From Chloroflexota bacterium (lineage in GTDB: Bacteria; Chloroflexota; UBA11872; VXOZ01), in NCBI GenBank assembly GCA_963662335.2, contig CAXXVD010000002.1, positions 128,001 through 192,000 on the forward strand: a DNA stretch of 64,000 bases. Direction: 5' to 3'. Position numbers and translations under genes: made by a program. The notes beneath the pieces were generated by a model, which was not told the DNA's origin, did not search any database, and saw only the letters and a program-made list of their open reading frames with translations. Positions 1 through 8,072 of the stretch are shown in pieces. Every line of letters begins with the position of its first letter. Position 1 is the first letter of the stretch.

Positions 1-2
1 CG

Positions 3-140
3 GCCTACAACCAGATCCGCGACCAGCTCATCACTCCAATCTTCACGGACCTCTACGAGGGCAAGGTGACGGTGCAAGAAGCCCTGCGCGGCATGAAGCA
101 GCCGATGCAGGCCCTGGTCGACGAGGCGCTCGCTGGGTAG
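3..140 (+). CDS. 3' end of a gene, probably an extracellular solute-binding protein (partial)
   Basis: Open frame AYNQIRDQLITPIFTDLYEGKVTVQEALRGMKQPMQALVDEALAG* resembles the C-terminus of the solute-binding protein at 14228..15655. Confidence 0.55.
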   Translation, partial: AYNQIRDQLITPIFTDLYEGKVTVQEALRGMKQPMQALVDEALAG

Positions 141-177
141 CGTTTCGTATGCTAGCGGCCCGCGTTGCGTGCGGGAC

Positions 178-207
178 GAGAAGAGCCGGCCGCGGCCGGC
201 TCTTCTC
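178..207 (+). terminator. Hairpin / probable terminator
   Basis: Perfect 30-bp palindrome gagaagagccggccg|cggccggctcttctc followed by a pyrimidine run, 38 nt after a stop codon. Confidence 0.55.
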
Positions 208-454
208 TCTATTCCAGTGACGCCCAGCCACCGCGCCGCGACCGCCGCGAGCGAGACACACGCCTGCGCTTATGCGCTATAGTGGATTAGTGAGCGCTTA
301 CACCCTGTGAGGCTGTCTGCCAAACCGCTGGTGCTGAGCGTCGTCCGCTCCCCTGAGCCTGCCGCCGGGCCAAAGGCTGGCAAGGCGCTACGGGCCGGGA
401 TAGCGGGCAAAAGCAAGTATGGGCGGAGACGACGGGCAGGAGTCACGACAAGAG

Positions 455-791
455 CCGGCGCGCGCGTCCCGCTACCATTCGCGCTGAGCTTGTCGAAGCG
501 CAAACGACAGGCAACAGAAAAGGCCCGGAACAACGGGTCAAGGCCGGAACCGGCGCGCGCGTCCCGCTACCGTTCGCGCTGAACCTGTCGAAGCGCAAAC
601 GACAGGCAGCAGAAAGGGCCCGGAACAACGGGCCAAGGCCGGAACCGGCGCGCGCGTCCCGCTACCATTCGCGCCGAGCCTGTCGAAGCGCAAACGACAG
701 GCAACAGAAAGGGCCCGGAACAACGGGTCAAGGCCGGAACCGGCGCGCGCGTCCCGCTACCGTTCGCGCTGAACCTGTCGAAGCGCAAACG
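455..791. repeat. 95-bp tandem repeat, about 3.5 units, each containing a REP-like hairpin
   Basis: Units start at 455, 550, 645, 740; each contains ccrttcgcgctgarcytgtcgaagcgcaaacg. Confidence 0.95.
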
Positions 792-896
792 GCTGAAAGG
801 CACTCTCTTAGTTTTTTTGGGCAGGTTGTTCTGAGAGAACCTACGCGGCTCACGCATTCTACTGGCGCCGGCGCGGTTGCGCGGCGTCTTGGGGCA

Positions 897-1526
897 GTGA
901 GACTGTCTCTCGCGCTGGCGGGCGCGCTCGTGCTTGCCGCTGTGCTGATGGGCGCGTGCGGGCCGCTGGCGCCGCGCGCCGCGCCGCCGGCGCCGACGGC
1001 AGCGCCATCGCCTGCGCCGATCGCATCGCCCACCCCGTTGCCAACGCCGCCGCCCGCGCCCTCACCGACTGCTGTGCCGCAACCGACCGCGACCGCGCCG
1101 CCGGAACCGCCTGCGGCGACGGCTACGGCCGTTCCTGCGCCCGTCCCCACTGCGCCATCCGCGCCCACGGCGACTCCCGCGCCGCCACCCACGCCCACAC
1201 CGTCCGGTCCGGCAGCGGAACTCGTGGGTGACTGGGAAGGAAGCCTCAGGGTGCTGGGATCTGAGGTGCCGATCAGCGCGAACTTGCAGCTTCAGAACAG
1301 CGAACTGTGGGGCACGCTGGATATTTCCGCGCGCCGGATCGAGGACATGCCCTTCAAGGCCGAAGTTCAGCCGGACGGCGGGATTCGCTTCGTAATCCCC
1401 CAAGAAAGTGGCGACATCACCTTCGACGGCAAGCTGGAAGACGGCGTGGTTACGGGTACCTTCAGGATCGGCCTCATTCGCGGGACGTTCATTCTAGAAC
1501 GCGCCGCCGAGGGGCGTTCATTCTAG
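897..1526 (+). CDS. Pro/Thr-rich lipoprotein with small C-terminal beta domain
   Basis: Signal peptide with lipobox-like LMGAC, PTAT-rich linker, globular end starting LVGDWEGSL. Confidence 0.75.
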   Translation: MRLSLALAGALVLAAVLMGACGPLAPRAAPPAPTAAPSPAPIASPTPLPTPPPAPSPTAVPQPTATAPPEPPAATATAVPAPVPTAPSAPTATPAPPPTPTPSGPAAELVGDWEGSLRVLGSEVPISANLQLQNSELWGTLDISARRIEDMPFKAEVQPDGGIRFVIPQESGDITFDGKLEDGVVTGTFRIGLIRGTFILERAAEGRSF

Positions 1527-1670
1527 GCCGCGCGGCGCCGCCCGCTACGCCGACCGGCAATTGAGAGCACTTCCTCTCCCTGCGGAGAGCGTCGCGGTGA
1601 GGGAGAATCCGATCTAGCCGGACGTATCTTGCCGGACGTAAGCTGCACCGTCTCGCTGTGGCGGAACCCC

Positions 1671-1770
1671 TGTCATTCCGAACGAAGCGCAGCGGAGAGA
1701 GGAATCTCGTGTGCCTGCCGTATCGCGTCCGGCAGGCGCACGAGATTCCTCGCATGCGCTCGGAATGACA
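1671..1770. repeat. Inverted doublet of tgtcattccgagcgcagcgaggaatct-family REP (REPIN-like)
   Basis: tgtcattccg...ggaatct / agattcc...cggaatgaca around an internal hairpin; same family at 7176-7202, 7811-7903, 11732-11808, 23876-23976, 37998-38023, 58335-58442 and from 61474. Confidence 0.9.
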
Positions 1771-1975
1771 GCCGGCGTATTCGCGCACACCCTGTGCGGC
1801 CAACCTGCCAGGCGATTCCATGCAGCCAAGCCTACCGCATCGATGCGCGCGGAATTCCGCGCGGCTCCGCGCCGCTCCCGCCCGCTCGCCGGCGTAACGC
1901 AAGAGGCCCCCGAGCGAGACAGCAAGGGTGAGAATGAAAGCGCCGGCACAGCCGCAGCGCCTGGCGCGCCGGCGC

Positions 1976-2740
1976 TCACTCCCCTTTGAACTCCGGCTCC
2001 CGCTTCTCCACGAACGCCCGCAGTCCCTCCGCCGCGTCCGCCGAGCCGCGCACGCGCTCGAACAAGCGGCTCGCCAGGTTCACCCGCTCTTCCAGGCCCA
2101 GGTTCTGGCCGCGCACGGCCGCCTCTTTCATACCGCGGGTTGCCAGCGGCGCGTTCTGCGTGATTGCCTGCGCGTACGCATCCGCCGTTTCCGCCAGCGC
2201 CTCCAGCGGCGCCACCTTGTTGACCAGGTGCAGCCGGTGGGCCTCCTGCGCGCTGATGAATGCTCCCGTGAGCAGGTACTCCAGGGCGTAGTTCAGCGGG
2301 ATGCGGTTGGCGAGCATGGCCGGGCCGCTGATGGAGCTAATGCCGCGCTTGGCTTGCGGCCAGCCGAATTGGGCGGTCTCGGCGGCGATGCGAATGTCCG
2401 AGGCCAGCGCGATGCCGCCGCCCTGCGCCAGGCAGTAGCCGTTGACGGCGGCGATGATGGGCTTCCAGATGCGCGTCTGCATCACGTAGAGGTCCTCGAT
2501 GCTCGTGCCCGGCGCTTCGTCTCCCGACGGCCCGCCCATCTCCTCCAGGTCGTGGCCGACGCAAAACGCCCGTCCCGCGCCAGTGATGATCGCCACCCAG
2601 GCGTCGCCGCGCGCGGAAAAATCCGCGAACACGGAAAAGAGCTCCTCCCGCATGGCGCGGTTGATGGCGTTGAGCTTATCCGGCCGGTTCAGCGTGATGC
2701 GCGCGACCTTGTCGGTGACGGTGTAATCGATGAACGACAT
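1976..2740 (-). CDS. Enoyl-CoA hydratase/isomerase (crotonase family)
   Basis: ITLNRPDKLNAIN, AFCVGHDL, KPIIAAVNGYCLAQG, C-terminal AFVEKREPEFKGE; ATG at 2740 preferred. Confidence 0.92.
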   Translation of the reverse strand: MSFIDYTVTDKVARITLNRPDKLNAINRAMREELFSVFADFSARGDAWVAIITGAGRAFCVGHDLEEMGGPSGDEAPGTSIEDLYVMQTRIWKPIIAAVNGYCLAQGGGIALASDIRIAAETAQFGWPQAKRGISSISGPAMLANRIPLNYALEYLLTGAFISAQEAHRLHLVNKVAPLEALAETADAYAQAITQNAPLATRGMKEAAVRGQNLGLEERVNLASRLFERVRGSADAAEGLRAFVEKREPEFKGE

Positions 2741-2882
2741 TGTTATGATTCCTTTCCATCCTGAGGGCGGTTGCGGCAACCGTTGGGCGCGCCTCTAGCG
2801 CGTAAACTGGCCGGAGCGAACCGCTGCCTTGGCGGAGGTGTGACGGCGTGCGAGACTCTTGCGGCGCGGGCGCGGCGTTGTG

Positions 2883-3173
2883 TCACGCTTGCGGCGCCGC
2901 AACCAGCGGCTCGATCGTGCTGACGTCGGCTGTGGCGCGCGCCACGTCCAGGTCGTACATGCGTTGGAGATTCAGCCAGAAGTCGGGCGTCATATTAAGC
3001 GCCTTGCCGAGACGCAGCGCCGTGTCCGCCGTTATGGCGCGGCGGCCCCGCACGATCTGGTTGATGCGGATGGGGGCAACGCCTATCGTCTTTGCCAGGC
3101 GGTACTGGCTTATGCCGAGTTCGTCCAGAAACTCTGCCAGATGTTCGCCGGGGTGGATTGGGTCGGAATTCAT
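2883..3173 (-). CDS. higA: HigA family antitoxin (XRE HTH)
   Basis: PIHPGEHLAEFL...ITADTALRLGKAL...FWLNLQ, downstream of the toxin. Confidence 0.93.
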   Translation of the reverse strand: MNSDPIHPGEHLAEFLDELGISQYRLAKTIGVAPIRINQIVRGRRAITADTALRLGKALNMTPDFWLNLQRMYDLDVARATADVSTIEPLVAAPQA

Positions 3174-3229
3174 GGGATTCTGTGCCCTGCCGCGTGGCTC
3201 GAATTACTTGGTGGGAAGCAATCATGCCA

Positions 3230-3508
3230 TCAGTGGTAGTCGGTGACTTCGATCTCCATCGCGCCTTGTTCCGTCCAATAGAAGCACACGCGCCACTGAT
3301 CATTTATCCGCACACTGTACTGACCTTTCCGATTGCTTCCGAGCGCTTTCAGGCGATGTGAAGGCGGCACGCGCAGGTCGGACAAAGCGGCTGCCGCTAT
3401 GATTCGCTGCAACCGCATTCGCGCCCGGCGCTGAATATCGGACGGCAGACGGCGCACCGGCAAGCCACGAAAGACGCGCTCTGTATCCCTATCGGCAAAT
3501 CGCCTCAC
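3230..3508 (-). CDS. higB: HigB/RelE-family toxin
   Basis: DLRVPPSHRLKAL...GQYSVRINDQWRVCF...EVTDYH; toxin-first gene order. Confidence 0.93.
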   Translation of the reverse strand: MRRFADRDTERVFRGLPVRRLPSDIQRRARMRLQRIIAAAALSDLRVPPSHRLKALGSNRKGQYSVRINDQWRVCFYWTEQGAMEIEVTDYH

Positions 3509-3514
3509 GGCACT

Positions 3515-3543
3515 ATATTATCGTGACACGATAATAGCGTCAA
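3515..3543 (-). promoter_or_regulatory. higBA promoter with overlapping operator palindrome
   Basis: Minus strand TTGACG-17 nt-TAATAT; perfect inverted repeat TATTATCGTG-a-CACGATAATA at 3516-3536; the -10 ends 6 nt before the GTG start. Confidence 0.75.
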
Positions 3544-3614
3544 GGGTTCGTTACATGGTCTCGTAAAACGCCTCTGGGGCACATCGGCGTGTCACTCCTA
3601 ACGGCCGAGCCGGC

Positions 3615-3914
3615 TTAGGGATGGGCAATTGCCAGGTCTGGAGATCGTGTACCCGGTGCTGAGCGCGCAGGATGCTTCGATCCAATGCTGGCAACCAGTC
3701 TAATTCTTACGTTGTTCTCCCAAGGACTTGAGGCTACTTCTACGTGATGAGTAGAAGCAAAGCCCTTTACAAGCCTTTGGGCAACAGCGTATGCCTCCTG
3801 GCGACCATTGATGAGCGGAAGAGCTTCGATTTCTTCGATGGTTATCTGCGCATTGTTCAGCAGTAGCATTCCTGCCATTCGCACCGACACCTCGAATGTA
3901 TCGAGCATCGTCAT
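3615..3914 (-). CDS. Hypothetical protein coupled to the upstream protease gene
   Basis: 99-aa ORF, ATGA overlap with the stop of 3911..4840, same low GC. Confidence 0.65.
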   Translation of the reverse strand: MTMLDTFEVSVRMAGMLLLNNAQITIEEIEALPLINGRQEAYAVAQRLVKGFASTHHVEVASSPWENNVRIRLVASIGSKHPARSAPGTRSPDLAIAHP

Positions 3915-4840
3915 TGCTCCTTCCTTACGTCAGGACGCGGTTCTTGCTTGAGTATCTCGGGCGGCAACGCATCTTGGAGGTTTGGCGGCAACTCTCTGAG
4001 TTGCTCTTCCATTTCCTTCTCTCTTTGCGCAGCCTTCAGATCTGCCTTCTTCCGCGCTAGCCTGTATATGTCCCATACAATCCGGACTTGGCACTGAGAA
4101 AGCCTGTGTACTACCAACCCAAGCTCCTCAACTTCGTCGATGTTGATGCAGTGGCCGTGATCTGCATAATGCTCTACCAGTTTATTGGCAATTTTCGAAG
4201 CCTGGTCTCTATCGTCCTTAAGCATTCGGGAAGCCAACAGCTTTGATGCGTATTGCTTGCCAACCTGTAGAGACTTCTTGATGCTGCCGAGGGTTATCGG
4301 GAATTGAAGCCGCTGCAATAGACCCTCTGCCAACTCCTTGTTGCCTTTGTCGAACTCGTTTCGTATGAGTTCAAGTGTTGACTCTATGTGTAATGGAGAA
4401 AACTGCTCTAGTCTCTGTTCCAGTGGGTTGATCTGCGTAATCTGCGGATCTAGCGGCCCAAGTTCGGCTACTTGGGTCATCATCACCGAGTCTCCACCAC
4501 AGACCAGAAGCGTTGCAGCGCTCTTGGCCCAACGAGGCACTATGAAACTAAGTTCCTTCTTTCCATAGGTGCAAAACAACATAGCTAAGTTATACGCTGC
4601 GTCAATGTCTCCTCCAAATGAATTCACCACTACGACTAAACGACTGCCCTCCTTGCCGGAGCCAAATCTCCCTTGCAGGTCGTCAAAGACCTTATCAACG
4701 ATGTTGGGTGTGATTTCCTCATTCAAGAAAGGATAGCACGCCACACTCTCTCCAAAGGTCTTGGAAAGTTCATCCAGCAGAGAATCCGTTTTGGCATCAA
4801 TATCGGGAATTGAATCCGGCAATTCTTGTCCGTCCGACAT
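3911..4840 (-). CDS. ClpP/SppA-like serine protease (SDH_sah family)
   Basis: VNSFGGDIDAA, VPRWAKSAATLL (catalytic Ser), ELGPLDPQI, YADHGHCIN; low GC. Confidence 0.85.
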   Translation of the reverse strand: MSDGQELPDSIPDIDAKTDSLLDELSKTFGESVACYPFLNEEITPNIVDKVFDDLQGRFGSGKEGSRLVVVVNSFGGDIDAAYNLAMLFCTYGKKELSFIVPRWAKSAATLLVCGGDSVMMTQVAELGPLDPQITQINPLEQRLEQFSPLHIESTLELIRNEFDKGNKELAEGLLQRLQFPITLGSIKKSLQVGKQYASKLLASRMLKDDRDQASKIANKLVEHYADHGHCINIDEVEELGLVVHRLSQCQVRIVWDIYRLARKKADLKAAQREKEMEEQLRELPPNLQDALPPEILKQEPRPDVRKEQ

Positions 4841-5083
4841 TAGCCGCCTCTTCGGTTCTGCTGGAAGAATATTCTCCGATCATACTACCTATTAGGAATC
4901 ATAATTGATGAAACCGCGCGCGTGCAAGACAGTGACAGGCAGCGCCAGTCTTGGTGCAGGATGTCTCCAACTGCAAGCGCAGCCGCGCTCTGACGGAGTA
5001 TCCGGAATCAACTGGGGTAGCGTAAACGCCAAAGCACCGCCTCTCGTGGAGGGAACCCTGTACCGCTATGGGGCCAGTATTTC

Positions 5084-6250
5084 CTACGCTCCCAAGAATC
5101 CCTCTTCATACAACACCGACTTATACCCGTGTTCCGTCGCCCAGCGGATAGCGGCCTCGGTTTTGGCGGGCACGTTGGGTTGGTAGTGGGGCAGGTGTTG
5201 GCGGAAGTATTGCTCGTGCACCATCAGTTCCAGGATTTCGCTGCGGTGGGGGTCTTGGGCCACGGTTTCCAGGTGGGCGGTCACCGCCTCCGGCGTCTTG
5301 ACCGAGTTGATCACCTGGTCGTGGGTCACGAACAGGATATCCTCGCCGTGGTCTTTCCAGTAGTCGTGGGTAAAGAGGTAGGCGGTGGTAGCGGCGTCCA
5401 GGTAGTAGTTCACGCGCGGGGCCGGCGTGGGAATGAAGTAGCCGGCCAGGCCCCAGATGCCTTCCTGGCGCAGGGCGCGGCAGCCCAGGCGGGTGCCCTC
5501 GCCCCAGTGGAGCGTGGTGAAGTGCGACCAACTCTGCTCGCCGGTAAAGCGCAGCGTCTCGTCCCGCACCTGGCGGTAGTCGGTGAGCAGCTTCTCCGCC
5601 GAGGCTTCCTTATACGGGTCCCGCGGCTGGTCGGCGCGGGCGTGGAACGAGAGTTGCAGCCAGTCGGCGTTGTCGCGCCACTCGGACTTGTACGTGTCCG
5701 GCATCTGGCGCAGGTCGAAGTCCTCGCAGGCGTAGTAGATGTTGATGTGCGTCTTCGTGCCGTAGCGGTCGCGCAGGTCGCGCATGAAGCCCAGGTAGAA
5801 GTTGTCGAAGAGCGACTTCGGCCTGTCAAAGGCGATGTCGCGCAGGAAGTAGATGTCGTCATCCAGCGAGAAGCGGTAGCGCGGGAACGAATTGCGGTCC
5901 CAGAGCACCGTGACCGCGTGGGAGAGGGTCTCGCCGCCGCGTTCGGCCACCGCCGTCAGCTCGGTCTCATGCGCGGTCAGGGTAACGTCCGCCGTAAACG
6001 TCGCGCCCACGATCGCCGCCCGCACCTCGCCGACCGCGCCACTCTCGCCCCGGCCCGCACTTTCGTTGCCACGGCTCGAGCTTTCGTTGCCGCTTGTCAA
6101 ATCATTGGCGCCGCCCGCGACGCGCACCGTCACCGCATCCGCCCCGCTCACCACCCCCTGCACCGCGATGCGCAGCCCATCCTCGCCCTGCCGCCCATCA
6201 TGCCGATTGAGTATCGCGCCATGTATCGGCGCCGTAATTTGCACCTGCAT
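5084..6250 (-). CDS. Hypothetical protein with Ig-like N-terminus and deacetylase-like (NodB-type) barrel
   Basis: RFSLDDD and QLSFHA, LMVHEQYF acidic/His motifs; genome-typical codon usage. Confidence 0.6.
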   Translation of the reverse strand: MQVQITAPIHGAILNRHDGRQGEDGLRIAVQGVVSGADAVTVRVAGGANDLTSGNESSSRGNESAGRGESGAVGEVRAAIVGATFTADVTLTAHETELTAVAERGGETLSHAVTVLWDRNSFPRYRFSLDDDIYFLRDIAFDRPKSLFDNFYLGFMRDLRDRYGTKTHINIYYACEDFDLRQMPDTYKSEWRDNADWLQLSFHARADQPRDPYKEASAEKLLTDYRQVRDETLRFTGEQSWSHFTTLHWGEGTRLGCRALRQEGIWGLAGYFIPTPAPRVNYYLDAATTAYLFTHDYWKDHGEDILFVTHDQVINSVKTPEAVTAHLETVAQDPHRSEILELMVHEQYFRQHLPHYQPNVPAKTEAAIRWATEHGYKSVLYEEGFLGA

Positions 6251-6736
6251 GGTATCTGCCCTGCCTCCTACGCTGCGCGGATGTGGATACCGTATAGTAG
6301 CATAGAGAGGAGAAAAGATGCAGTCTAAGCGCCCACCTACGGCTGTCGGTGTGGTCGCTTCGACTTTTAGTCACATACTTGACTTACTGTGCAGCACTGA
6401 GTAAAGGACGACCACATTGTGTCTAGGTGCGTGCTAGACTTTCTCTGGGCAATACGGCGAACTGAGTGTTCACCGCTCTTGCTCTTGGAGGCAAGATAAA
6501 CAGAGTCTGCATCTTTGTTGATGGGAAGAACTCCGGCGCATCAATGGGCAGTCCTTTTGTCAAGTGATTTCTTGACAAGAGCGCTATTTCTCCAATACGA
6601 TTGCAGTAACTGCGGTAACCTCAAAAGGGCTGCGGAGGATAGCGGAGTCGAATTGCAATGCTAAGCGTGACCTTAGCACTTCGGGGAATGTCAGTCCTGG
6701 TCCCGTCCGGCGGGCAATACCCTCCGCGGAAAATGA

Positions 6737-6773
6737 ACCCGGCATTGAACGTCTGTTCAATGCCGGGTACTAT
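6737..6773 (+). promoter_or_regulatory. Promoter with LexA (GAAC-N4-GTTC) box inside a 14-bp inverted repeat
   Basis: acccggcattGAAC-gtct-GTTCaatgccgggt; TTGAAC (6745)-17 nt-TACTAT (6768). Confidence 0.6.
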
Positions 6774-6831
6774 TATACAGCAGCAATGACTGTGAGGAGA
6801 TTGCTCAGTACCTCCAAAGGACTGGAAACTC

Positions 6832-7038
6832 ATGGGATTGGCAACCGCACTTCAGGAACTCAGAGAGCGGAAGCGCGAGGAAGAGGAGCGGAAGTTTCAG
6901 GAACAACTGGCTGAGGTACGCCGAGAAGAACGGGAGCGCATCGTGGCGTTCTACCGGGAACAGGCGGAAGAGAACGGCCAGGAGTTCGTGGAGCCGCCGG
7001 CGGATGATGAGGCGCAAGGCAACTCTAACGACCGCTAG
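6832..7038 (+). CDS. Small charged coiled-coil hypothetical protein
   Basis: 68-aa ORF with AAGGA upstream, a promoter before and a terminator hairpin after. Confidence 0.65.
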   Translation: MGLATALQELRERKREEEERKFQEQLAEVRREERERIVAFYREQAEENGQEFVEPPADDEAQGNSNDR

Positions 7039-7060
7039 TCCCTGCTCTCTAGAGTAACCA

Positions 7061-7090
7061 AAGAGCCGTCAGCGCACGCTGGCGGTTCTT
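7061..7090 (+). terminator. Intrinsic terminator
   Basis: aagagccgtcagcg-ca-cgctggcggttctt hairpin just after the stop. Confidence 0.6.
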
Positions 7091-7403
7091 CGCATTTGGC
7101 CCACGTTAGGCAGGCGGACGGCGCGGGCGAGCGGGAGTCGCACTGGGCAGGGGACAAGCCCCCGCGCTACGCCATAGATTCCTCGCTGCGCTCGGAATGA
7201 CAGTCACGGACACCATATAGATGACAGGAAGTCGGCGTGGCATGACCTAGTCCGTGCCGGACGGAATCCGGTGCGGACACTGGCGAGGAAGCGGTCGTTT
7301 GACGCGCTTGCGGGCCTGTGTTAGCATGTGCCGTGACTGAGATGCGGGTGGGCGGCGGGTGCGCCGATGGCCCGCGCGGGATTAACAAGTGAATAATCCG
7401 TTG

Positions 7404-7520
7404 CCTTATCAAGAGAGGTGGAGGGAGACGGCCCTGTGAAGCCCGGCATCCCGGTGGACGCTACTGCGACCACGACTGGGTGCCAATTCCGGCCCCATGC
7501 GCATTTGGGGCAAGATAAGG
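7404..7520 (+). promoter_or_regulatory. SAM-I (S-box) riboswitch
   Basis: P1 ccttatc/gataagg, aagagaggtggaggga...ggccctgtgaagcccggca, ggtgccaattcc: canonical SAM-I core. Confidence 0.93.
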
Positions 7521-7536
7521 GAAGTATTGCGACATA

Positions 7537-7579
7537 CGACCCCTCTCTATAAGGAAAGAGAAAGGGGTTGTTTTCATTT
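7537..7579 (+). terminator. Probable riboswitch expression-platform terminator
   Basis: cgacccct...aggggttg followed by ttttcattt directly after the aptamer. Confidence 0.6.
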
Positions 7580-7792
7580 AATGGATACGTTGCCGGTAAT
7601 GGATACGTTGCTGAAGTACGCGCATGGGCGCGGCGGCGCGCGGCGCGCGCTGACAACGGACGCGGGGGGACTGCCGCTCATGCCCCGCCGCGGGCGCTTT
7701 TCCTAACCGACACCTACGTTACGCAGCCGCTCCGAAGTGGTGAGCGCAGTTGGCCTAAAGACCCTCACCCCGGCCCTCTCCCAGCGGGAGAG

Positions 7793-7939
7793 CTGACAGG
7801 GGTAGGTAGATGTCATTCCGAGCGCAGCGAGGAATCTAGGAATGCTGATCGCGCAGGGCGGTGCTATAGATTCCTCACTCCGCTGCGCTCCGTTCGGAAT
7901 GACAGGTGACGCCGACTGTAGAATACCTACCCCTGTCAG
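7793..7939. mobile_element. MITE-like element, 147 bp, 16-bp TIRs, 11-bp TSD, inserted in a REP
   Basis: TIR ctgacaggggtaggta / tacctacccctgtcag; direct repeat cagcgggagag at 7782-7792 and 7940-7950; removing it restores ccctcaccccggccctctcccagcgggagagggag. Confidence 0.88.
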
Positions 7940-7972
7940 CAGCGGGAGAGGGAGCGCGGCTAAACCCTTCAA

Positions 7973-8050
7973 AGTGAAACGCCGACTGAGTGAGACACCG
8001 ACCAAGTGAGACGCCGACTGAGTGAAACACCGACCAAGTGAGACACCGAC
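7973..8050. repeat. 16-bp tandem repeat, about 5 units
   Basis: agtgaracrccgacyr units just upstream of the thrC-like RBS. Confidence 0.9.
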
Positions 8051-8072
8051 GGATGGAAGAGGATACCGACCT

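Noticed and set aside
455-791. Possible CRISPR array or repeat-encoded ORFs
   Set aside because: The intervening sequences are near-identical, and the ORFs are translations of the repeat.
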